The notes beneath the pieces are model-generated. The model was not told the origin of the DNA and searched no databases. It worked only from the letters and a program-made list of their open reading frames with translations. A stretch of 64,000 nucleotides of DNA from Negaprion brevirostris (taxonomy: Eukaryota): the NCBI GenBank assembly GCA_030324005.1, contig JARDVH010000137.1:37015676-37079675 (forward strand), written 5' to 3'. Below, in pieces: positions 53,235-64,000 of this stretch; position 1 is the stretch's first letter, and every line of letters begins with the position of its first letter. A program made the position numbers and the translations under genes.

Positions 53235-54272
53235 TTTAGTGAAGCTGCAACATGCTAAACAGCAGAAGCAGCATAGACCTAAGTGACCACAACCAATGGA
53301 TCAAACCAAGCTCTGCAGTCCTGCCAGTTGTTCTGTTGTGAATGGTGGCAGACAATTAAACAAAAGACCAGAGAAGGCAGCTCCACATATCTTATACGCG
53401 GAGATAATATTTCAATGATAGAGGAACCCAGCACGTCAGAGCAACCATCTTTAGCCGGAGGTACCAAATGAATGATCCAACTTAACCTCCTTCCGTGGTC
53501 TCAAGCATTACAGGTGCCAAATGTCAGCCAATCAGATTCAGTGCATGTGATATCAAGAGATGGCAGAAGGCACTGGATACTTAAAGGCTATGGGCCTTGT
53601 CAATATTCTGAATTGTGCTCCAGATCTAGCTACACCCTAGCCAAGCTACACCAATCCAACATGTGGAACATTGCACATGTATGTCCTGTCTACAAAAAAC
53701 AGGGCAAATCCAACCCAGCCAATCACTGCCCCATCAGTCTACTCTTAACAAACAGCAAAATACTGGAAGGTGTTCTCAACAGTCCCATCAAGCTGCACCT
53801 ACACAAGATTAATTCATTCACCAAAGTTTAATTTGGGTACCTGTGGGCCATTCAACTCCAAACTTGATTACAGGTTTGTTCCAAACACAGACAAAAGAGC
53901 TGAACTCCAGAAGTAACATGAGACTGACTGCCCCTGACATCAAGGCACCATTTTACCAAGTGGCATCAAGGAGCCTTAGAAAAATTGAAGTCAGTGGGAA
54001 TCAGGGGAAAATTCTCCACTCAATGGAGAATTATACCAAGCACAAAGCAAGGTTGTGGTTGTTAGAGATCAAACATCTCACTCCTTGAACACCACTGCAG
54101 GAGTTTCTCATGAATAGCGTCCCACTGAATCATTTTCTACTGTTTCATCAATGACAAGATCAGAAGTGAACATGTCCTTTGATGATTGTACAACTGTCCT
54201 CAGATACTGAAGCAGTCCAAGTCGACACAAAACAAGATTTGGACGACATTTCGACTTTGGCTAATAAGTGGC
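53235..54272 (+). mobile_element. LINE RT fragment (same family as 41290-44540)
   Basis: ORF 53472-53831: MWNIAHVCPVYKKQGKSNPANHCPISLL..SKILEGV; also DIKAPF and FINDK remnants. Confidence 0.8.
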
Positions 54273-54274
54273 AG

Positions 54275-54750
54275 GAGTAGGCCATCTAGCCCTTCGAGCC
54301 TGCCCTGCCATTCAATAAGATCATGCTTGATCTGTCGTGGCTCAGTTCCACACTCCTGCCCTCNNNNNNNNNNNNNNNNNNNNNNNNNNNNNNNNNNNNN
54401 NNNNNNNNNNNNNNNNNNNNNNNNNNNNNNNNNNNNNNNNNNNNNNNNNNNNNNNNNNNNNNNGTTAGCACTACTGCCTCACAGTGCCAGAGGCCTGGGT
54501 TCGAGTCCTGGCTTGGGTCTGTGCTAAGTCCTTCTATCGATCCTGTCCACTCCATCTCTTCCTTTAATAATTTTGTATCAATTAAGTAACCCCTCAGCCT
54601 TCTTTGTTCCAAGGAAAATAACCCCAACCTATCCAATTTCTTCTCAAAGCTACACTTATCTAGCCCTGGCAACATTCTTGCAAACCTCCTCTGCAATCCA
54701 GAACAATTACGTCCTTCCTGCAATGTGGTGACCAGAACTGTAGCAGCCTT
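54275..54750 (-). mobile_element. CR1 LINE 3' fragment interrupted by a gap and a SINE head
   Basis: ORF 54286-54831(-): QRRFARMLPGL...KLDRLGLFSLEQRRLRG. Confidence 0.8.
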
Positions 54751-54959
54751 GATACTTTTGAAAGGTTTTGATTTGAGAGGAGACACAGAGAATGTTCCCC
54801 CTTGCGAGGGGAAGGGGGCAGGGCACACCAAGAGGCTGTCAATAAAAGATAGTCACCGAGAAATCCAATTGGGAATTCAGAAGAAGCTTCTTTGCCCAGT
54901 GAATGCTGAGACTGTGGAACCCACCACCACGGGGAGAGGTTGAGGTGAATAATATAGAT

Positions 54960-55175
54960 AGTCTATGTGAAGTCTCCCCGTACCTGTGTGGGTTTTCCCC
55001 GGGTGCTCTGGTTTCCTCCTGCACTCCAAAGATGAATTGGTTAGGTGCATTGGCCATGTTAAATTTTCCCTCAGCGTCCCCAAATAGGAGCCAGACTGTG
55101 GCGACTAGGAGATTTTCACAGTATCTTCAATACAGTGTTAATGTCAACCTACTTCTGACTAATAAATAAACTTTA
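54960..55175 (+). mobile_element. V-type SINE, short variant, 5'-truncated
   Basis: V core plus tail ...gactaataaataaacttt. Confidence 0.75.
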
Positions 55176-56189
55176 TCTGCACCTTAAGTGCTATAAGACA
55201 CAGGGCAATGGGCCGGGTGCAGGAAGGTGGGATTGGAGAGGGCACCTGGGTGCCCTGGCACTGTACTGGCATGGACAAGATGAGCTGAATGGACTCATTC
55301 TGTGCTGCAACTTTCCTATAGTTCTATCAACCTTCTCTTTTTTGGAAACACTGCCTGCTTGTTCTTTTCTAACAGCTAAGAAAGACTGAGAAAGAGAAAC
55401 AGCTATCAGAGCACTGTGATTACTGTCAGTCGCCTGGGATTGGAACAGGATGAAGCCTGCAAAGATTCCCTATCCCACCCCGCACTCCCGCTACGAATGT
55501 CCAGCGACCCAACCTCATAGCCTGCAGCCACTGGAAGATTAATTGCGGGAGCACCTCTGAAGGCCCGGACCAGATTCAGTCTGCATGACTGGACGGGCTG
55601 CCAAGATTTTCTGTCAGAGTTGGCAGGTGTGAAATGAGTTGCTTGGGCAGAACGCCCAAAGAGGTACCAGTGCCAGGACAGCCGTACTGCCACCTGAATC
55701 AGCCCCTCAGGAGAGGAAGTGTGGAGTGTTCCGAATGTCTAGGTGTTGGTAACAGCTTTAGAAGTGGAGCGACTGGGTGAGTTGATTCCTGATGGAGTGT
55801 GCAGGCAGGTTCGGAATATGCACATTTGAACAACATTGCCTGTCTCCTGCATGGTCACTATAGCTCTGCTGTTACGCGGTGCAGTAGAAAATCACATGAG
55901 GAAATCCCACTCAGTATTAGAATGGGATCAATCTTCTCTCCTTGCTGTCCTAGCTTGAGACTGTCTAAATTTAGACATCCCTGTCTAAACTCGCATCCTA
56001 CATTACAGGATGCACTGCAGGAACTCACCAAGGTTCCTTAGGCAGCACCTTCCAAATCGGTACCAACCAACTCAAGAACAGCTTCCTCCCTGCTGCTGTC
56101 TGATTTTGAATGGACCTACCCTATACTAAGCTGATCTTTCTCTTCACCTTACTTGTAACTGCAACACCACATTCTGCACCCTATCCTTA

Positions 56190-56505
56190 GTGTGCGGCAC
56201 AGTGGTTAGCATACTGCCTCACAGCGACAGGGACCTGGGTTCAATTCCCAGCTTGGGTCACTGCCTGTTTGCACGTTCTCCTCATGTCTGCATGGGTTTC
56301 CTCTGGGTGCTCTGGTTTCCTCCCAAATCCAAAAATGTGCGCGTTAGGTTGATTGGTCATAGTTAAATTACCCCTGAGTGACAGAGGGCCTAGCAGGGTA
56401 AATAAGTGGGGTTATGAAGATAGGGCCTGGGTGGGATTGTGGTCAGTGCAAATCCGATGGACTGAATGGCCTCCTTCTGCACTGTAGTATTCTATGATTC
56501 TATGA
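56190..56505 (+). mobile_element. HE1/V-type tRNA SINE
   Basis: Head ggcacagtggttagc, B box gggttcaattcc, tail tctatgattctatga. Confidence 0.85.
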
Positions 56506-57418
56506 CTCTGAGTTTGCAAAGCTGATCTGCAAAGGTCTTCACTATTTACGACCTAGACATGAGAAAGTCATGCTCACAAAGAAATGATCTGCTACATACC
56601 AGCAAAAAAAAATCCTTCGTACAAAATCTATTTTAAATAGGGATGATGTAAAAAAGGATTCCAGTTGGAACCCAAAATCCTACAATCTTGCAAGTGTAAT
56701 TCTTGGAAATTCTTCAAAGGGATTTCAACTTTTTGATTGAATGTAAACTGTGGGAGTGTTTTTAAGTGGAATACATTCTGGTATTTTTGCTGTCATCAGC
56801 ATCCTTTGGAGCAGTCCTCCATGATATCCATCAAGTTTATTCAAGTGTACTCTTTCTGGGAAAAGGCTATAAGTTTTCTGCAGGAGCACTGTATGAAGTT
56901 GTCTTAAGTATCAATGTTATCCAAGACAAGAGAGCGCAAAATATAACTAATTCCATAAATGACATAGGATTTATTACTACCAAATGGCAGCTATTTGACA
57001 GAATGGAAATTCAGCTTAGCTCCTGATGGTTACTTATTCAATCTGAAAATGAGTCCTGTGTTAGAAAATGGCTGGATAGTTTCTAGCTATAGAAATAATG
57101 TTTCATTAGATTTCAGAAAGAAAACAAAAGCTGCATGTAAAGTTTATCTTGACAGTAAAATTGTATTAAGAACATATTAACAAAGCTCAGTTACCAATTG
57201 ATAATACTTGCTCTTTTCGCCTATCTCTTCGACAGGTTTGAATTGTAGGAGAAACTCATGTATTAATGTGTTGTATTTGTTAATATGAAAGAACTTTTGG
57301 GACAGAAATTTTCACTTCAAAATGAGGGTACGCACGGAGGTGGGTGTGCATGAAAATTAGTGCCATCAGCCAGTGTGTTGATTTGATATTCCCATTCTGC
57401 TGGCGAGATAAGAGTCAG

Positions 57419-57772
57419 GTTTATTTCAGTATTCAAATTTACCCATCGACCGTGATGAGATTCGAACTGGGAATCCCAGAGCATTGCCACAGTTTGTGCA
57501 TTACTAGTGATGTATATCATGAGGTCACGGGAGATTTATTTCAGAATTCAAACTTAACCATCGACTGTGGTGAGATTTGAAACCGGAACCCCAGAGCATT
57601 GTCGTGGTTTGTGGATTACTACTTCAATGATCTATCCCACTGGGCCACAGAAAGTTTATTTTATGAAGTTCAAATCTGACCATTGACCATGATGGGATTT
57701 GCACCTGGAACCCCAGAGAATTACTCGAGGTTTGTGGTTTACCAGTTCAGTGACCTACACCACCAGGCTACA
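57419..57772 (-). repeat. Three tandem ~115-120-bp copies of a tRNA-like SINE head
   Basis: Units start near 57419, 57534 and 57654 and share ttcaaa..ccat.gac..tgat.gatt.g..c.ggaa.cccagag.att...gtttgtg..ttac.ag. Confidence 0.8.
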
Positions 57773-58089
57773 GGAGGATCCAGCAAACTACTTGACTCTG
57801 ACTGATGGCCAAATTTGTTTGTTAATAAGCTTGATATCAGCTCATCAAGGTCCAGTTTGAATTTTTTTGTGGAGTTGAATGGGTTACATGATGGTTCACG
57901 AACAGCCCGAGTTTCATCAATTGGTATATTTATTATCTACAGATATATTTCCTTTGAAATGATTAGAGAGATTTTAAAGTGAGATCAGATACTATGTATA
58001 TGTGCAGGATGATGTAACACACCAAACTATGTATGTTTCTGTTCAAAAGTATGCTAATAGGCAGGAATGGATAATGTTACAAAATCTTA

Positions 58090-58242
<153 letters not shown>

Positions 58243-58865
58243 TCAAAATATTTGGGGAAAGGTAGATCAGACAACATAACAACTAAAAATTCGAACAATA
58301 AGTTGCATTTTGTTCAGACACTAAAGAACACCATCCTTTTGCAATTTTTAAATTTTGTTTCTTCCTCCATTTATTAGTCCCCCAGCCCATTTTTCACTCA
58401 GGACCAGTGTAACCAGATCAAAATGCTGCTTTGAGTTGGCCAGCAAAATTGCAATAGCTTCAGGCTAGACCTAATGCTTCCTCTTTTTTCTCTTCCCCAT
58501 AGATAAGTAGCAATGCAAATCAACCCTCCAACTAGCTTAGTACACTAAAATGGGAATAGTATTTTTAGAAACTGAGCTAGAATAGTTTTTGCACTTTGAA
58601 AAGTGATTAAGCATTGCTTTTTCCAGAATTATCACACAAAAACTAACGAACTGATCATTTCTAATGAAAGAGCCATGCCCACTTACTTTGCACTGTTTAA
58701 TGAAAACAGTATTAGAATTATTGTGGTAACACAGAGAGTAACAAAAGCATTTACAAAGTATTGAAGAATACGTTTTTCAGTTAACCAATTTCATTAAGCT
58801 GCCAGTGATCTTTTCAAATCATCATGCTTCCAAAATTAAACTGGGCCTCCAATCTCCAACAGGGG

Positions 58866-59140
58866 AAGCACGGTAGCACAGTGGTTAGCACAGTGGTCAC
58901 AGTACCAGGGACCTGGGTTCGGTTCCCGCCTTGGGTCACTGTGCGTGTGGAGTTTGCACGTTCTCCCTGTGTCCGCGTGGGTTTCCTCTGGGTGCTCCGG
59001 TTTCCTCCCACAGTCTAAAGAACGTGCTGGTTAGAAGTGTTGACCTGAACAGCTGCCACACTATGGCAACCAGGGGAATTTCACGGTAACTTCATTGCAG
59101 TGTTAATGTAAGCCTTACTTGTGACGAATACATAAACTAT
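58866..59140 (+). mobile_element. V-type SINE, short variant
   Basis: Head gcacggtagcacagtggttagcac, V core, tail ccttacttgtgacgaatacataaact. Confidence 0.85.
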
Positions 59141-59229
59141 ATCTTATCAAAATTTGCACTACCGTAATAAGTAATTTAAGTACCCGTCTCAGCGGTCAGC
59201 ATGTGGGAAGAGATTCTAATTTAGTATAT

Positions 59230-59425
59230 CAAAATAGGAAATGTTGAAAATACTCAACAAATCTGACAGCATCAAGGAGAGAGAGTGACAGAAAGTATGT
59301 TAAAGTTTCAGGTCAATGGCTCTTGGTCAGAAATATCAATTTCTCTCTCTCCACTGCTACTGCCAAACCAGCTGAGTATTTCCAGCATTTTCTATTTTTA
59401 TTTCAGATTTCTGGCATCTGCAGTA
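59230..59425. mobile_element. Palindromic Penelope-related element next to a TBCD donor site
   Basis: Inverted arms aaaataggaaatgttgaaaatactca / tgagtatttccagcattttctatttt. Central degenerate hammerhead-like CTGACCAAGAGCCATTGACCTGAAAC on -. Confidence 0.6.
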
Positions 59426-59481
59426 ACTAGCTGGTGTTGTAATTTGGTGAGTTAATCTGAGTAAATTTCAATAATTCATAC

Positions 59482-59573
59482 TGCGCAATGGCTTTCAGTG
59501 CATCCCTTCTGGCTTCTGCAAAGGTGGTATCTTTCACTGTCATCCACGTGACTCTCTGTAATCCTTCTAATAC
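59482..59573 (-). CDS. TBCD: TBCD coding exon (92 bp): VLEGLQRVTWMTVKDTTFAEARRDALKAIA(Q)
   Basis: Acceptor tttgcag|GTA and donor CA|gtatga. Peptide matches vertebrate TBCD 'FAESRRDGLKAIAR' as I recall it. Ends in phase 2. Confidence 0.95.
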
Positions 59574-59767
59574 CTGCAAAAAGCCAAAGTACAAACATGG
59601 ATACATACACAGCAATTTAAATATAGTATCACAGTAAAATCAAAATAAATGTTCATCTTAATTTTTAAAACTATATAACAGATCAAAGAGATGGACTAAA
59701 CAGACAAATTTTGTTTAAAAACAGGGCACTTCACTCTCAGTGACTCGTATAATTAAGCAACAGCAGT

Positions 59768-60206
59768 GGCATGGTGGCACAGTGATTAGCACTACTGCCT
59801 TACAATGCCAGTGACCCGGGTTCAATTCTGGCCTCAGATCAGTGTATGTGTGGAGTTTGCACATTCTCCCCGTGTCTGGGCGGGTTTCTTCCAAGTGCTC
59901 CGGTTTCCTCCCACAGACCAAAGANNNNNNNNNNNNNNNNNNNNNNNNNNNNNNNNNNNNNNNNNNNNNNNNNNNNNNNNNNNNNNNNNNNNNNNNNNNN
60001 NNNNNNNNNNNNNNNNNNNNNNNNGTTTCCTCCCACAGACCAAAGATGTGTAGGTTAAGTTGATTGGCCATGCTAAATTGACCCTAGCGTCAGGGGGATT
60101 AGCAGAGTATATATGTGTGGTTTCGGGGATAGGGTTTAGGTGAGATTGTGGTCAGTGCAGATTCAATGGGCCAAATGGCCTCCTTCTGCACTGTAGGGAT
60201 TCTATG
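59768..60206 (+). mobile_element. HE1/V-type tRNA SINE spanning an assembly gap
   Basis: Head, V core and tail all visible on either side of the Ns. Confidence 0.85.
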
Positions 60207-61654
60207 AGAAGCACACTCCTGCTAACCAGCAATGCGACTTAGTTAAATTACTTTCACAATTCAACATTACAATCTATTACATGCATGCACACTATTATCA
60301 GGCAAATATTATCAGTGAAATATTAATATTCACTTTAGTGAAACTAGTACTACTCATGTCGTTACAACACTGATATTTTCTAAATTTAAGAATGCTTGCT
60401 TTCCAATTTTATTGAAACGTGCAGACTGAAAATTTTTAGGGTTTAAAAAATTGTGACAGAATTTGGAGAAAAACTTTGGAAGAGAGTTGGATAACAACTG
60501 GCAAAACTTGGACTTAGGCAGAGGCTGATGACTTTCAAGGATCGACCTGGAGTGCAAACCTACAATTAATATGCATGTAAGTCAGGTTATCCAGTATCCT
60601 GGGTCCATCCATTCATTTTGCTTAGGAGTGTTTTCTGATATGCACAACCTGAAAGAAAAATATGCTCCATTTTCGTGAGGCTGGTTTCTCTTCATATACA
60701 CACATAACAAAAGGAGCAGGGAAAGATAGATCCAACTGCATCACACCGGAAGTGACAGAGCAATCAGAAGGAAAAAAATCATTGGTAGCAGAGTACTGCC
60801 CATATTAAGTTTGATGGGGTGGAGTTGAGGGAGGAATGCCCCAATAGTGGATTATATTAGTGGAGAAAACTGGGATAGTTGGCCGTATTGAATGCTTCAG
60901 GCAGGTCAAAGAGTATGAACAGAGGTTAGGGAAGCAATGACACAGTTGCAAAGAATCTTTGTGATTTTGACCATGAAGTGGTCACTGTGGAGGAAATGAG
61001 AAGCCGTGTGAGAAACATGGCATGCAAGAAACATAGTTGCGTGGCTACGTCTGGTTTCATGCTTTAGAGGTAGACAGAATATTGTGGATTTCAAAGAAAG
61101 GTTGAATAGGACAAAGATACCACAATCTTTTAAGAAGTTACAAATCTACAATTCATCTTATAACTCAAAAATTATCAGGTGTCTGACAGAGCTGGAATGT
61201 TTCCCCTCATCAACTGAGCAGGGCAAATTTCTTTCCAGCTTTGGCAACAGTAGATCAAATCAGGTCCTCATCTTCCAAGTGACAGCAATACCGTCAGCCT
61301 ATATTTCATGCATCACCCACCTGGGAGGAAATGCTCAACTCCTAAAAATTACTGGATCTGCAAGTCTGTTTCCTAACTGATAAAAATTAAATTTGTTCTC
61401 CAAGCCCAGAAATGACAAACAGCTTGAAGTTTGTCGCTATTACTGTAATTTCTCCAGTAGTTAATTTCAGGGGTGTATTATTTTAGAAATCTTTTAAAGC
61501 AATTTTTTTTAAAAAATTAGCTATCTTTGTCTTTTCACTAAATAAATTTTCTATTCCAGCAAATAAATTCTTAGAAGGTAAAACCAGTCACAGGACAGAA
61601 TCACAGTGACAAGGTACACTCAATACCAAAACGTAATATTTCCCAAACCAACAT

Positions 61655-61988
61655 GGGCGGTACGGTAGCACAGTGGTTAGCACTGCTGCTTCACAGCTCC
61701 AGGGACCAAGGTTCAATTCCCGGCTTGGGTCACTGTTTGTGTGGAGTTTGCACATTCTCTTCGTGTCTGCATGGGTTTTCTCCGGGTGCTCTGGTTTCCT
61801 CCAACAGTCCAAAGACATGCCGGTTAGGTTGGCTGGCCATGCTAAATTGACCGTAGATGCATAGATTAGAGGATTAGTGGGTAAAATATGTACCAGTATG
61901 AGGGTAGGGTCTGGGTGGGATTGTGGTCGGTGCAGACTCGATGGGCCGAATGGCCTCTTTCTGTACTGTAGGGTTTCTATGATTTCTA
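61655..61988 (+). mobile_element. Full-length HE1/V-type tRNA SINE
   Basis: gggcggtacggtagcacagtggttagcactgctg...ggttcaattcc...tctatgatttcta. Confidence 0.85.
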
Positions 61989-63603
61989 NNNNNNNNNNNN
62001 NNNNNNNNNNNNNNNNNNNNNNNNNNNNNNNNNNNNNNNNNNNNNNNNNNNNNNNNNNNNNNNNNNNNNNNNNNNNNNNNNNNNNNNNNNNNNNNNNNNN
62101 NNNNNNNNNNNNNNNNNNNNNNNNNNNNNNNNNNNNNNNNNNNNNNNNNNNNNNNNNNNCACTAGTTTATCTGAAGTAAAAAAATGAGGAAAAGAAACAA
62201 GATTTTAAAAAACATTCCATTTTATTTACTCAGTCACTAATGAATTTAATAAAAACATTGTTGTGTGCCTCTCAAAAGCATGCTCCAAGGCCTATCATAA
62301 TTTTTACTCTGAGAATTAGGTCCGAATACAAATAATGTCAAGAATCAGAATGTCCATTGGGACAGCGACGGCGAAGAGGAAATTTAATAGATGTTTTAAG
62401 ACTTACAAAGGCATTTTACAGGTTGTAAAAGAGAAAAGCTATTTGTCCTGCTCAGGGAGACAGCACTTTGGAATTATCAATTTAAAACTGTTACAAAGAG
62501 AGGAGAGAGATGAGAGAAATATCTTTATGTAGAAAGTTATTGGTAAAACTCTGTTTTCCAACAGAAAAGCTGAAGTCAAGAGAATTGTATCTTTGAAAGA
62601 AAAAGTGGATAAATATTTATTTCAGGAGATGATTCAGGGCTAGAGAGACAGTGGAGCTCTGAGGTTAATTTTGCATTGCTCTAGCGAAGCGCCAACAGAA
62701 GCTGCTCTGTATCGCAAACATGTTGGGCTCTGTGATTCATGAGGCGTTAGTGGGCCAGAAAAAACAGTCCTTATTTTTTAAAAAAGTGCACTTCTTGGGT
62801 CGAGGCTGGCCAGGACACATCTGGGAGGCCAGTGATCAGGAGTTGGGTTGTGGTCACAAGACCAGCAATGATTGGGAGGGGGAGTTCGCTGTGCTGGACA
62901 GTGATTGGGAGGCCAGCAGTGTGGGGCCAGTGCGCATGCGCCGATCTTGGCACTAACAGATCAGCGAACGCACAGTGGTCCGCTCAGCGCTATGCTGCCA
63001 GGCTCTCCAGTGGGAAAAAACTCTGCCCACAGATTTTAAGCAAAATTTACACTGGTGCACTTTGCAGTGCACAGTGTATGGGAGATTCATTTTGAAAATC
63101 CCGCTTAAAAGAAACAGCTTTTACATGAATTCAACACTTGAGAATTTTTTTGGGAGAACTGCACCAATTGTGCCCCACCCAACCATGAAAGACGTGATCC
63201 CACATCATTCAGTGTCTGCTGTCCGACACAACATTTGAACAGCTAGTCAATTAGCAACCAGTGTCCAGGCTCACTGTGCAAGGAAGGATGGCAGGCAGTG
63301 TCTTCAGACTAGAGGTGCAGAAAGGGTGTGTTGGCAGTCACACCATCAAAGTGGGATTTGCTGATATGGGAATGAGAAAGAGAGGGTGCCTCCAGATGAA
63401 GGCTTTCCTTGAGGACATTTTAAGAACTAAAAATTAAGAGGTCACAGCTGCTTGCCCATCGTCTGGAGAGGAACTTTCTTCAGATGTGTGGTACCTAACT
63501 GCCAACTAGAAAGTGTGAGTTAGTGTCTGCACAGTAGCCTTAATAGAGTCTTAATCGGCTACTTGTCACTTGCGGGAGGAGCTGTCATCTCGTTAACTGT
63601 CAC

Positions 63604-63667
63604 TGCGCGCATGCGCACGCGCACACACACACACACGCACGCACGTACGTACGTATACACACACACA
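63604..63667 (+). repeat. (CA)n/(CG)n microsatellite
   Basis: Directly visible. Confidence 0.85.
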
Positions 63668-63819
63668 AAACCACAAAAATGGCCCAGAGGTAGTTTTCAC
63701 CCTATCCACCCATTCTCCCACATCCACAAATTAAAAATTTGGTCCATAGTCGCCACCAACAACACAGCAAAGTGATCAGGCAAAGCAGGACATTCACACT
63801 CTTTAAGGAGGTTACTTAC

Positions 63820-63980
63820 TGTAGCCAATCCACCTAACATGCACAGCTTTGGGCTGTGGAAGGAAACCGGAGCACCCGGAGAACATGCAAACTTCACACA
63901 GAACACCCGAGGCTGGAATTTAACCTAGGTCCTTGGAGTGGTGAGGCAGTGATGCTAATCACTGTGCTAGCATGCTGTCC
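63820..63980 (-). mobile_element. V-type SINE 5' part
   Basis: Reverse complement of head and core (gccaatccacctaac...ggaaaccggagcacccgga...gctaatcactgtgc). Confidence 0.75.
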
Positions 63981-64000
63981 CTAACTTAGAAATCCATCTC

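Noticed and set aside
54535-54960. Back-to-back CR1 pieces resembling a twin-priming inversion
   Set aside because: The minus piece has its own 3' tail at 54275-54363 and the junction is confused by a gap and a SINE. Two independent insertions explain it more simply.
56766-57180. Two adjacent plus-strand ORFs suggesting a processed pseudogene
   Set aside because: No recognisable protein in the frames I read, no poly(A) tail and no TSD.
57419-57772. CRISPR-like or true tRNA gene array
   Set aside because: Eukaryotic context, units are diverged along their whole length with no repeat-spacer pattern, and no cloverleaf is evident. They are SINE-head copies.
59903-60044. Duplicated gtttcctcccacagaccaaaga flanking Ns
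   Set aside because: Same gap-edge overlap artefact inside a SINE.
59574-64000. Next upstream TBCD exon or a promoter (NRF1-like TGCGCATGCGC at ~62931 and ~63607)
   Set aside because: No exon matching ...GFSLALGALP... was found, so it probably lies beyond the window. The motifs sit in a GC-rich repeat and a microsatellite deep inside the gene.

Overview
Vertebrate genomic DNA from a gapped draft assembly. The repeat content (HE1/V-type tRNA SINEs, Deu-domain SINEs, CR1-clade LINEs, Penelope-type elements) points to a cartilaginous fish, probably a shark. The whole window lies within the 3' part of TBCD (tubulin-folding cofactor D) on the minus strand. I traced ten coding exons with GT-AG ends and continuous reading phase, from VLEGLQRVT... 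(59573) to a candidate last exon AAGILQSAVT* (733-701). One expected exon of about 78 bp (VSVPLLK...) is not visible and probably lies in the N-gap at 17964-18890. Introns are filled with SINE/LINE relics, two Harbinger transposase relics, a hAT MITE and Penelope-derived elements carrying hammerhead-ribozyme-like motifs. The best leads are: (i) a LINE whose 5' end is the tRNA head plus Deu-type core of the local SINE, so the SINE looks like an internal deletion of that LINE; (ii) minimal hammerhead motifs in the sense strand of the TBCD pre-mRNA; (iii) a ~290-bp-arm inverted repeat and two near-identical locally copied insertions; (iv) two possible TBCD C-termini; (v) a triplicated tRNA-like head. 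No prokaryotic-type system (CRISPR etc.) is present. Most entries in the ORF track are spurious or repeat-derived. Repeat family names come from recalled motifs, not database searches, and repeat boundaries are approximate.
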